Positions 29,119 to 38,481 of a DNA stretch of 64,000 nucleotides are shown in pieces. The first letter of the stretch is position 1. The number at the start of each line of letters is the position of its first letter. This DNA is from Alphaproteobacteria bacterium (GTDB lineage Bacteria > Pseudomonadota > Alphaproteobacteria > SP197). The position numbers and the translations under genes were made by a program. The notes under the pieces are model-generated. The model ran no database searches. It was not told the DNA's origin and was given only the letters and a program-made list of their open reading frames with translations. The stretch covers positions 800,001-864,000 of the forward strand of contig OZ219920.1 of NCBI GenBank assembly GCA_964291415.2, in the 5' to 3' direction.

Positions 29119-29897
29119 CGTCCCCTGAACTGCGGTGCCGTGCGCGCGGCAAACGCGGCCCGGCCGATGTCGTAGTCCTCGGTGGCGAAGCAGGCCATGG
29201 GTTCCTTTCGTTCCTCGTCGGTCAACGGCGCCGGATCGAGCAGACGGCGGGCGAACTTCTTGTGCCAGCGTGCCGAGAGCGGCGCGTTCGCGGCAATGCG
29301 CTCGGCGCAGGCATAGGTTTCCTTTTCCACTTCGTCGTCGGCGACGACGCGGTTGACGAGGCCGATGTCGAGCGCGCGCGCTGCCGAGAACTGCGAGGCT
29401 TCGAGAAGGATCTCGAGGGCATGGGCGTGACTGATCAGGCGTTTGAGCCTGTCGATGTCATCGTGCCCGTAGGTGATGCCGAGCCGTCCGGCGGGAATGG
29501 CGAAACGGGCACTCTCGCCGGCGATGCGCAGATCCGTGTCGGGGAGAAGGCCGAGGCTGCCGCCGATGCAGTAGCCCCTGATCATGGCTATGACGGGATG
29601 CCGGCAATTCGCCAGCCCCTGACCCCAGGCCTCCTCGTACTCGAACGCCTGTTCGGGATTGTCGCGCCGTTCGGAGAATTCGCTGATGTCGGCCCCCACA
29701 CCGAAGGCGCGCTCGCCGGCGCCGCGCAGCACCACGACGCGCACGGTGTCGTCCGCCGACAGCATGTCGAAGGCGTCCGACAGCCCGCGGGCCGTCACCG
29801 TGTCGATGGCATTGAGCTTTTCGGGACGATTGATGGTGACGGTGGCAATGAACCCCTGTCGCTCCACCAGAATACTCCCGGGAAGGTTGCCGTTCAT
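29115..29897 (-). CDS. Enoyl-CoA hydratase/isomerase family protein
   Basis: Motifs TINRPEKLNA, AFGVGADISEF, PVIAMIRGYCIGG and PQFRGR. Confidence 0.92.
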   Translation of the reverse strand: MNGNLPGSILVERQGFIATVTINRPEKLNAIDTVTARGLSDAFDMLSADDTVRVVVLRGAGERAFGVGADISEFSERRDNPEQAFEYEEAWGQGLANCRHPVIAMIRGYCIGGSLGLLPDTDLRIAGESARFAIPAGRLGITYGHDDIDRLKRLISHAHALEILLEASQFSAARALDIGLVNRVVADDEVEKETYACAERIAANAPLSARWHKKFARRLLDPAPLTDEERKEPMACFATEDYDIGRAAFAARTAPQFRGR

Positions 29898-30022
29898 GTC
29901 GCCTCGTCTCGATGAGCACCGGGATGATCGTACCGCAACTGGCCCCGCCAGGTCAGGTCCTCCGGTCACAAGACCGGAAGGCCTGACTGTGGACGTTCAA
30001 GCTCACCAATCCCGGACGGCCC

Positions 30023-30413
30023 CTATCCAACCGCGGGCGTATCGACCCCGGCGGTCCGCGCCGCTGTGACCAGGGCCCGGTCCAGTGTGGCGAGCGGCAA
30101 ACGCATGCGCAGTGCGAGTTCAAGATAGGTCGCGTCATGCACACTGAGGTTGTGCCGGTCGGCGAGTGCGATCACCGTTTCCCAAACCCGGGACGTGGAC
30201 ACACCGGTTCAACCTCGATTGGCAGGGCTTCCAGGCCGGAGCAGATTTGCGGCCACTCATCTGCCCTGATGCGTCGGCGGCGAGTCGCGGCAAGCAGCAC
30301 GCTGGCGACTTCAATCGGCCAGAGGGACGGGACGAAAGCCCGATCGTCGATGAGAGAATCGCGCAACCGCTCGGTTGCGTCGGAGCCACCGAGCAATCGA
30401 GAACGAACGGCAT
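30023..30413 (-). pseudogene. VapC/PIN toxin, frameshifted
   Basis: Fragments MPFVLDCSVA, AFVPSLWPIEVASVLL and HNLSVHDATYLELALRMRLPLATLDRAL are split by two frameshifts. A short segment appears missing after DCSVA. Confidence 0.8.
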
Positions 30414-30676
30414 CAGTACCTGCGTGCCTCCTCGATGATCTGCCGCACCGAAATCCCACCGAGCGAATGGTTTTTCTGGAAGTGTTTCAAGGCATCGATC
30501 GCGGTCTGCACCTTGTCGGCATCCCGCGCACGGAATGGAATCAGTTCGGCCACGGGACGGTTGTGCCGGGTAATGACGAAACGTTCGCCCGCAGCCACGC
30601 GCTGAAGCAGTCGCGGCAAATGCGTCTTTGCCTCAAAGGCTCCGATCTCCGACACAGGATTTGCCTCCGACAGCAT
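30413..30676 (-). CDS. Phd/YefM family antitoxin
   Basis: EIGAFEAKTHLPRLLQRVAAGERFVITRHNRPVAELIP...LGGISVRQIIEEARRY. Confidence 0.9.
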   Translation of the reverse strand: MLSEANPVSEIGAFEAKTHLPRLLQRVAAGERFVITRHNRPVAELIPFRARDADKVQTAIDALKHFQKNHSLGGISVRQIIEEARRY

Positions 30677-31043
30677 GTCCTGAAACAGACGAGTCGCAGT
30701 CAGGTTGATTCTGCGATGCACGTCAAGATCAGAGCGTTCCCCCGCCAATGCTCACCGCACCAGATTGCACTGGCGGCCTGTGTTCGCATCCGCTGCTCTC
30801 TCGAGTAAGGCGTCCTTCAGGCAGCTCACCGGTCTCATGACGACAGGGATCGCCATGCCGGTCCGGGCAATCCTCCCTTCAAGGGGGCGGTCCCGATCGG
30901 TACGGGCCGGCTCGTGCGTTCAAGGAATGGTTGTGCGGTGACGCAGAGCTGTCCGAACGCGATGCGTGGCGCGCGCCACCACAGCCGGGACTTTCCTGTG
31001 GCCGTCCTGTCTGATAGCCGCTATCATGTGACTAGTTTCATGA

Positions 31044-31292
<249 letters not shown>

Positions 31293-31302
31293 CATTGCCG
31301 GT

Positions 31303-32143
31303 CGGCTCGAATGCTCTATTTCGACACCAGTTTCCTCGTCCCACTCATCCTCCCGCTGCCCGAACCGGTTGCCACTTTTCTTGAACTGCGGAGGATCTGG
31401 CGGTCAGCCATTGGACCCGGGTGAATCGCTGCTGCCCGCCGTGCAATCTTTCACGGCGGCGCACAAGGCGGTGCGGTTCCGATGGTCGAGGAGTCCTCGG
31501 TGATCGAGCCGCGAACGCCCCGTCTGAGGGCCGGGGCCGCAGTTGCTGCAGGCGGAAGCCCGGGAAGGGCGGGAAAGACGCTGGGTGTGCCGACAAGCCC
31601 GGGGATTCTCCTCCCGGACTAGCGATTGACGGCATTCTCGCCGTGTGGGAACCGATCGGCCCTCGAATGCTCTATTTCGACACCAGTTTCCTCGTCCCAC
31701 TCATCCTCCCGGAAGCTGCCAGCGAACCGGTTGCCACTTTTCTTGAAGGCGTGCCTGCGGAGGATCTGGCGGTCAGCCATTGGACCCGGGTCGAGTTCGC
31801 ATCGCTGCTTGCCCGCGAGGTTCGCATGGGCAATCTGGATGTCACGGCGGCGCACAAGGCGAGTGCGAGGTTCGAAACGATGGTCGAGGAGTCATTTGTC
31901 ACATTGTTGCCGAACCGCGACGACTTTGATCGAGCCGCGGAATGGCTTGGCCGTTTCGCGACCGGTCTGAGGGCCGGGGACGCATTGCATCTCGCCATTG
32001 CGGGCAATCGGCAGGCGGAAGTGGTCTACAGCTTGGACAAGGCTATGATCAGGGCGGGAAAGACGCTGGGTGTGCCGACAAGCCCGGGGATTCTCCTCCC
32101 GGACTATGACGATTGACGGCATTCTCGCCGTGTGGGAACCGAT
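31303..32143 (+). repeat. Tandem duplication of a PIN toxin gene (copy 1 ~31303-31656 degraded; copy 2 ~31657-32143 intact)
   Basis: Both copies begin CTCGAATGCTCTATTTCGACACCAGTTTCCTCG and end GGCATTCTCGCCGTGTGGGAACCGAT. Copy 1 has many small deletions. Confidence 0.9.
31667..32116 (+). CDS. VapC/PIN domain toxin
   Basis: Motifs MLYFDTSFLVPL, SHWTRVEFASLL, LRAGDALHLAIA and SLDKAM. All acidic PIN residues are present. Confidence 0.92.
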   Translation: MLYFDTSFLVPLILPEAASEPVATFLEGVPAEDLAVSHWTRVEFASLLAREVRMGNLDVTAAHKASARFETMVEESFVTLLPNRDDFDRAAEWLGRFATGLRAGDALHLAIAGNRQAEVVYSLDKAMIRAGKTLGVPTSPGILLPDYDD

Positions 32144-32682
32144 GTGTCCCCGCGCCAGATCCTGCAGCCGCATCGCGGTTCGCCTTTCGGCCCGCATCCG
32201 GATTGTTCCCGAACGCCGTTTCCGGGGGCGAGGAGCCCCGCCGTGCGACAGCGCCGCCACATGTTCCGTTTGCAGGAGGTCGCACACAGGAACGGCGTGA
32301 CACCGGACAACCAGTCTCGCAGGGCCGGTTGCCGGTTTACGGGTGGCCCGGCAGCCGATCGAGGCATCTCGATTGGAGCGTGAAAACGACGGAAAGTGAT
32401 GGCTTTCGTGGTCATGTTGCCGTCAGACTGATCACGGGCCGCCATCGCCCTATGGTGGTGGACAGCGAGGTATGGCCAAGTGTCCTTCAGGTTCTCCGGG
32501 CCGACACGCGGGACCGCCATTGCGCTCGCAGGGTCCCTCGAATCCTCCGACAACGGCGTTCGACGCGGCGAGATGACCGGATAGCGGCCTGAAGCCTGCA
32601 TGAGGCGCCGGCGCCGTGATCATGGACGTCGGATCGCCGCCCGGGGAATGCATGTCCGGCAGGCCCGGAGTTGTCGTGGCGA

Positions 32683-33189
32683 TCAGGCCCGCATGTGCGC
32701 CGCCTCACCCAGGGCCTCGATGGCGATCCGTGCGCAGGCTTCGGCGTCGGAAAGCGCGTCGTGGTGGTTGAGCGGGATGCCGAGATGACGGCAGACGGAC
32801 GGAAGACTGGCTGACGGGAGGTTCCACGTTCTGCGGGCCATCTGCACGGTGCAGCGAAACCCCAGCTCGGGCGGCGCGACGTTGGCCGCGGCGCAGCACG
32901 CCTCCAGGACGCTCCTGTCGAACCCGGCGTTGTGGGCGACGAGAAACCCGGCGTCATCCACGAACCTCCGGAGGTCGGGCCACATGTCGCCGAAGGCCGG
33001 GCTGTCGCGGACATCCGCCCACGTCAAGCCGTGAATGTGCGTGAACTCGAAACTGCGGCGCGGCGGCCGGATCAGCTGATGATACCTGCCGGCGATGCGG
33101 CCTTGCTTCACGAGGACGGCACCGACCGCGCAGGCGCTGTCGCGCCACCGGTCGGCGGTCTCGAAATCGATGGCGGCAAAGGCGGTCAT
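32683..33189 (-). CDS. DEDDh 3'-5' exonuclease (DnaQ-like)
   Basis: Motifs AIDFETA, VAHNAGFD and HHDALSDA. Confidence 0.93.
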   Translation of the reverse strand: MTAFAAIDFETADRWRDSACAVGAVLVKQGRIAGRYHQLIRPPRRSFEFTHIHGLTWADVRDSPAFGDMWPDLRRFVDDAGFLVAHNAGFDRSVLEACCAAANVAPPELGFRCTVQMARRTWNLPSASLPSVCRHLGIPLNHHDALSDAEACARIAIEALGEAAHMRA

Positions 33190-33198
33190 GCCTCGTCG

Positions 33199-33843
33199 TC
33201 AGGCACGACGGGATCTCCTTGTGGCCGGCCGGCGCCACGTGCGCGGCGCCGGTTCGGCGTCGACGGCGACGCCGTAGGGACGTCCTGCGGCCTCGAGCCA
33301 GGTCCAGAGATAGTCGGCCTGGCTGCGTTCGACATGGATGTCGAATAGGGGGGCCCCGTCGACCTGATGAAGGATGATGGGGGAGCGGCCCAGCGTACTC
33401 TGGGCGCACCGGCCAGGCCCGAAGGCTCGAGGGTGGAGATCAAGGGGACATCCCATGGCAAGGATGTCGAGGACCATCGGCCCTCGAATGCGAATGGTTG
33501 TGCGGCCTTCCGTGACATCGACGACGGCGGCGCCGGGAAGAGCCTTCACGAGCTGGCCCGTCATGGCCCTTTCGGCGTCCGGCGGGCCGACGATCAGCCA
33601 TTCATCCGGCCCGAGCCACAACGCGCAGAGGTTGTTGCCGGTCATCACCGTGTTGGGTTCGCCGGGAACGGAAACGCCGAGCGCCTGCTTCACGGAGTCG
33701 CCCGGGACGCGGCCGCGCAGGACCACCTTGGCCAGGAATCTCAGCTCGGCCATCACGAGACTGGCCGCCGATGTCTCGTTCCTGTCGTGGGCGGAGAGGC
33801 CGCGGTGGGTGAGCGGGCTCTGCCGTTGCCAGTGTTCAGCCAC
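33199..33843 (-). CDS. soxG: Heterotetrameric sarcosine oxidase gamma subunit
   Basis: Motifs LWLGPDEWLI and GCPLDLHPRAFGPGRCAQS. Lies downstream of the alpha subunit. Confidence 0.9.
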   Translation of the reverse strand: MAEHWQRQSPLTHRGLSAHDRNETSAASLVMAELRFLAKVVLRGRVPGDSVKQALGVSVPGEPNTVMTGNNLCALWLGPDEWLIVGPPDAERAMTGQLVKALPGAAVVDVTEGRTTIRIRGPMVLDILAMGCPLDLHPRAFGPGRCAQSTLGRSPIILHQVDGAPLFDIHVERSQADYLWTWLEAAGRPYGVAVDAEPAPRTWRRPATRRSRRA

Positions 33844-36826
33844 GCAGTCTGGCTCCTTCCTCGTCGAAGAAGACGGGTTTCGCGATACGTGCCCTGACAA
33901 TCCCCTTCTCGAGGGGGATCGCGACCTCCTCGCCGATCCGGTCATGTCCCCGCCTGATGAGCGCCAGGGCGATCGAACGGCCGCAGTTGGGACTCATGTA
34001 GCTTGACGAGACCCACCCCTCCATGGGCACCGGAGGTCGGGCAGTGGGCTGCGGCGACACGTGGGCGCCTTCCGGGATGACCACTGCGGGATCGTCGGCA
34101 AGGAGTCCGACCAGCTGCTTGCGGTCCTCGCGCAGGGTGTCGGGTCTCGAGAGCCCACGCATTCCGAGGAAGTCCTTCTTCTTCTTCGAAACGATCCAGC
34201 TCATGCCGAGATCATGGGGCGTGGTCGTGCCGTCCGTGTCCTGACCCGCAATGATGAATCCCTTCTCCGCGCGCAGCACATGCATGGCCTCCGTGCCGTA
34301 TGCGGTGATGCCGTACTTCTCCCCGGCGGTCATCAGGTTCCGCCAGAGCGCCAGTCCGTAGCTTGCGGGAACATGGAGTTCGAAGCCGGTTTCACCGGAG
34401 AAGCTGATCCGGAAAATGCGGCCGGCGATGCCGGCGATATCGGCATCGCGCCACGCCATGAACGGAAAGGCTTCGGCGGAAAGGTCGGCCGGCGTGAGTT
34501 CCGAGACCAGCGCCCGGCTCTTCGGACCGGCAACGGCAATCGCCGCCCAGTGCGTGGTGACCGACGTGCAGTAGACCTCGAGATCCGTCCACTCGGTCTG
34601 AAGCCATTCCTCGAGCCAGTTGAGAACCGTGGAGGCGCCGCCTGTCGTCGTGCTCATCAGGAACCTGTTCTCGGCAATCCGTGCGGTCACGCCATCGTCG
34701 AACACCATGCCGTCGTCCCGGCACATCAGGCCGTACCGGCACCGGCCCACCTTCAGGGTCGAGAACATGTTGGTGTAGATGCGGTCGAGGAACTCCGCCG
34801 CGTCGGCTCCCTGGATGTCGATCTTGCCCAGCGTCGAGGCGTCGAGAATGCCGATCGACGTGCGCGCCGCAAGAGTCTCGCGCTGGACCGCCTCGTCGAC
34901 GGTTTCGCCGGCTCTCGGGTAGCAGTACGGGCGCTTCCACTGGCCGACATCCTCGAAGTGAGCGCCGTTCTTCTCGTGCCAGGTGTGCATGGGCGTCTTG
35001 CGAACGGGGTCGTAGAGGTCGCCCTTTGTATCGATTCCCGCCAGCGCGCCGATGGTGACCGGGGTGTAGAACGGCCGGTATGTGGTGTGACCGACCGCAG
35101 GGATGGCCTCGCCCCTGAGCGATGCGAGAATGGCAAGGCCGTTGACACCGGACGTCTTGCCCTGGTCGGTCCCCATGCCGGTCGTCGTGTAGCGCTTGAA
35201 GTGCTCCACCGAGACGTAGTTCTCCCGGGTGGCGAGCGCCACGTCGGCGGTGGTGACGTCGTTCTGCAAATCGTGAAAGGCCTTGCCGTTCCGCGGTGAC
35301 GCCGGACGGTACCAGAAGGCTTCGAGATCGAGCGCACCGTCTCCGGTGTCGCCGTCGACCTCCGGCACGGCTGGCACGTCGCCGTCGAAGCCGGCCCGGG
35401 CTGCTGCCTCGGTTCCGGCGAGTGCTCCGGAACCGAGGCACTCGACGAGCCCGAAGGTCCCGGCTGCCGCGCCGGCACTCGTCTGGTGTGCCGCGGCATC
35501 GCCGGGAATGAAGGTCGCCAGGGATTCGTCCCAGGCAAGGCGGGTCCCTGACTGGGAGGCAAGGTGGACGGTCGGATTCCAGCCCCCCGACATCATGACG
35601 AGATCACATTCCTTGCGCAGGGCTGCAGGCGCACTCTCGTCCACAGCGGAAATGGCGACACCGCGAACCCGTTTCCTTCCCTCGATCCCTGCTATGACAT
35701 GTCCGGTCATCACGTCGATGCCGCGCGAGTGAGCCTCCTCGGCGAGACGCCCCCGGGGCGCGGCCCTGCAATCGACGATGGTTGTGACGTGGACTCCGCT
35801 GTCGGCGGCATCGATGGCCGACTGGTAGGCGCTGTCGTTGTTGGTAAAGACGACGGCCCGTGCGCCACAGCGTACCCCCCAGCGGTTCGCGAAGGCGCGC
35901 ACCGCGCTGGCGAGCATGACACCGGGCCGATCGTTCCCAGGAAACACCAGGGGCCTTTCGATGGCCCCGGTGGCGAGAACGACATGGCGGGCCCGGATCT
36001 TCCACAGACGCTGGCGCGGCAGGGGACTCTCGCCGGCCGGCAGGTGGTCCGTGACCCTTTCGACAGCGACAAGAAAGTTGTGATTGTAGTAGCCGGCCAC
36101 GGTGGTTCTTGTGAGCAGGGTGACGTCGCTCATGCCCGCAAGTTCCGTGCGGACCGATTCGGGCCACTCCTGACCGGCCACACCGTCAAGGGTGACATGA
36201 TCGGCCAGCAACGAACCGCCGGGTACGGCCTGTTCATCGGCAACGATCACGCGGGCGCCCGAGCGTCCGGCGGCCCGCGCCGCCTGGAGACCGGCCGGGC
36301 CGGCGCCGACGACGAGGACGTCACAGTGGGCATAACGCTTCTCATAGACATCCGGATCAGGTTCTTCAGGCGCGTGGCCAAGACCGGCGACACGCCGGAT
36401 GAATCGCTCATAGAACGTCCACGCCTTCGGAGGCCACATGAACGTCTTGTAGTAGAATCCTGCCGGAATGAGTCCTGATGCGACGCCGTTGAGCGCGCCC
36501 ACATCGAAGGCGAGGCTCGGCCAGCGGTTCTGGCTGGACGCCACAAGACCGTTGAAGAGTTCCGTGGTCGTGGCTCTCGCGTTGGGTTCAACGGAACCGC
36601 CCTCGCCGAGTCTGACGAGGGCATTGGGTTCTTCCACGCCGGAGCCGACGATCCCGCGCGGACGGTGATACTTGAAACTGCGGCCGACGAGATGGATGCC
36701 GTTGGCGAGAAGGGCCGAAGCGAGCGTGTCGCCTGGATGGCCGGAGAGGCGCTTGCCGTCAAAGGTGAAGGACAGATGGCGGCTTCGATCGATGATCCCG
36801 CCGGTGCTGTTTCGCCACGATTGCAT
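33836..36826 (-). CDS. soxA: Sarcosine oxidase alpha subunit
   Basis: Motifs GDTLASALLANG, GRSFKYHRPRG, GAGPAG and KRYTTTGMGTDQGK, with a GcvT-like C-terminus. Confidence 0.95.
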   Translation of the reverse strand: MQSWRNSTGGIIDRSRHLSFTFDGKRLSGHPGDTLASALLANGIHLVGRSFKYHRPRGIVGSGVEEPNALVRLGEGGSVEPNARATTTELFNGLVASSQNRWPSLAFDVGALNGVASGLIPAGFYYKTFMWPPKAWTFYERFIRRVAGLGHAPEEPDPDVYEKRYAHCDVLVVGAGPAGLQAARAAGRSGARVIVADEQAVPGGSLLADHVTLDGVAGQEWPESVRTELAGMSDVTLLTRTTVAGYYNHNFLVAVERVTDHLPAGESPLPRQRLWKIRARHVVLATGAIERPLVFPGNDRPGVMLASAVRAFANRWGVRCGARAVVFTNNDSAYQSAIDAADSGVHVTTIVDCRAAPRGRLAEEAHSRGIDVMTGHVIAGIEGRKRVRGVAISAVDESAPAALRKECDLVMMSGGWNPTVHLASQSGTRLAWDESLATFIPGDAAAHQTSAGAAAGTFGLVECLGSGALAGTEAAARAGFDGDVPAVPEVDGDTGDGALDLEAFWYRPASPRNGKAFHDLQNDVTTADVALATRENYVSVEHFKRYTTTGMGTDQGKTSGVNGLAILASLRGEAIPAVGHTTYRPFYTPVTIGALAGIDTKGDLYDPVRKTPMHTWHEKNGAHFEDVGQWKRPYCYPRAGETVDEAVQRETLAARTSIGILDASTLGKIDIQGADAAEFLDRIYTNMFSTLKVGRCRYGLMCRDDGMVFDDGVTARIAENRFLMSTTTGGASTVLNWLEEWLQTEWTDLEVYCTSVTTHWAAIAVAGPKSRALVSELTPADLSAEAFPFMAWRDADIAGIAGRIFRISFSGETGFELHVPASYGLALWRNLMTAGEKYGITAYGTEAMHVLRAEKGFIIAGQDTDGTTTPHDLGMSWIVSKKKKDFLGMRGLSRPDTLREDRKQLVGLLADDPAVVIPEGAHVSPQPTARPPVPMEGWVSSSYMSPNCGRSIALALIRRGHDRIGEEVAIPLEKGIVRARIAKPVFFDEEGARLRG

Positions 36827-37104
36827 CAGCCGGCTGCCTCCGGTGCGCTCTCGGTAATGGCGTAGACCGCGACGATGCGGTGGTTCACCGTGTCGCGTGT
36901 GATGTGGAACCAGCGGCGGCAGCCGTGGGCATGGAACCAGCGCTCGTGATGAAGACCCTTCGGATTCTTCCGCATGAAGAGGTAGTCGGCCCACTCGGCA
37001 TCGCTGGCCGTGGCCGGGTCGGGACGAACGATGTGGGCCTCGCCACCGCACGTGAACTCGGCATCGAGTCTGTCGCCGCACCAGGGGCAGGGGATCAGCA
37101 TCAT
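36826..37104 (-). CDS. soxD: Sarcosine oxidase delta subunit
   Basis: MMLIPCPWCG...EFTCGGEAH...ERWFHAHGCRRWF...RDT. Confidence 0.95.
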   Translation of the reverse strand: MMLIPCPWCGDRLDAEFTCGGEAHIVRPDPATASDAEWADYLFMRKNPKGLHHERWFHAHGCRRWFHITRDTVNHRIVAVYAITESAPEAAG

Positions 37105-37118
37105 CGTTCTGCTCCGGC

Positions 37119-38366
37119 CTAGTGAGCCACCGCCGCCGCGCCGTGCTCGTCAATCAGCAGACCGCTCTCGAAACGATCGAGACTGAAGGCCTCGTTGAGT
37201 CTGTGGGGCCGGTCCTGGGCGATGGTGTGGGCAAACACCCAGCCGGAGCCCGGTGTCGCCTTGAATCCGCCGGTCCCCCAGCCGCAGTTGATGTAGAAGC
37301 CCTCGACCGGTGTCTTCGAAATGATCGGGCTGGCATCGGGCGCGATGTCGACAATGCCGCCCCACGCCCGCATGATCTTCAGGCGGGAGACGATGGGGTA
37401 GAGTTCACACAATCCCTCGAGCTGATGCTCGATGACGTTGATGCCGCCCTTCTGGCTGTAGCTGCTGTAGCCGTCAATGCCGGCCCCGAGCACCAGTTCG
37501 CCCTTGTCGGACTGGCTGATGTAGACATGCACGGTGTTCGACATGATGACGGTGTCGATCACCGGCTTGACCGGCTCCGTCACCATGGCCTGGAGGGTAT
37601 GGCTTTCCACCGGCAGCCTCAGGCCGGCCATCGAGGCGACGACGGACGCATGGCCTGCCGGAACGGCGCCGACGCGGTTGGCCCTGATCGCTCCCCTGGT
37701 CGTCTGCACGCCCGTGACCCGGCCGTCCCGGACATCGATGCCCGTCACTTCGCAGTTCTGGATGATGTCGACACCGAACTCGTCGGCGCGTCTGGCAAGG
37801 CCCCAGGCCACGGCGTCGTGACGGGCATTCCCGGCGCGGCGCTGCATGGCGCCGCCGAGAACCGGATACCGGATGGACCTGGAGATGTTGATGATCGGCG
37901 CGATCTCCTTGATTTCCCGGGGGGTCACCATCTCGTAGTCGATACCGTTGAGTCGGCAGGCGTGACCGCGCCGCCGCAGTTCCTTCAGATCGTGTTCGTT
38001 GTGCGCCAGGTTGATGACACCGCGGGGAGAGAACATGACGTTGAAATTGAGATCCTGTGACAGGGTCTCGAAGAGCCTGAGGGAGTGCTCGTAGAGGTGC
38101 GCGCTCTCGTCCCACAGGTAGTTCGAGCGCACGATGGTCGTGTTGCGTCCGGTGTTGCCGCCGCCAAGCCAGCCCTTCTCGAGCACCGCGGTCCGGGTGA
38201 TGCCATGCTCCTTCGCCAGGTAGTAGGCGGTCGCCAGGCCATGACCTCCGGCGCCGATGATGATGACGTCGTAGGATTCCTTGGGTTCCGGATTGCGCCA
38301 GGCCTGCGGCCAGTCCCGATGACCGCGAGGCGCCTGGCGCAGAAGGTTCCACAGGGAGTACTTCAT
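37119..38366 (-). CDS. soxB: Sarcosine oxidase beta subunit
   Basis: Motifs [36 protein letters not shown] and EHGAAAVAH. Confidence 0.96.
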   Translation of the reverse strand: MKYSLWNLLRQAPRGHRDWPQAWRNPEPKESYDVIIIGAGGHGLATAYYLAKEHGITRTAVLEKGWLGGGNTGRNTTIVRSNYLWDESAHLYEHSLRLFETLSQDLNFNVMFSPRGVINLAHNEHDLKELRRRGHACRLNGIDYEMVTPREIKEIAPIINISRSIRYPVLGGAMQRRAGNARHDAVAWGLARRADEFGVDIIQNCEVTGIDVRDGRVTGVQTTRGAIRANRVGAVPAGHASVVASMAGLRLPVESHTLQAMVTEPVKPVIDTVIMSNTVHVYISQSDKGELVLGAGIDGYSSYSQKGGINVIEHQLEGLCELYPIVSRLKIMRAWGGIVDIAPDASPIISKTPVEGFYINCGWGTGGFKATPGSGWVFAHTIAQDRPHRLNEAFSLDRFESGLLIDEHGAAAVAH

Positions 38367-38481
38367 GCTCTCGGCCTGACCTCAGGACACGCCGCATCCA
38401 TACGGCAATTCGATGAATCCCGAAAGGGACTGCGGCGCCCGGGATGGAACCGGTTTCGAGACAACCATCCCATGCCGGCGT

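Noticed and set aside
30780-30900. Possible further Phd antitoxin remnant on the minus strand (..RIARTGMAIPVVMRPVSCLKDAL)
   Set aside because: The similarity is too weak to call without a search.
31303-32143. DGR-like template/variable repeat or CRISPR interpretation of the duplication
   Set aside because: The differences are mostly deletions rather than A-specific substitutions. There is no reverse transcriptase, cas gene or regularly spaced repeat in the window.
32113-32601. ORFs of 130-165 aa in the spacer after vapC
   Set aside because: They have no motifs or RBS, have low-complexity composition, and overlap in several frames.
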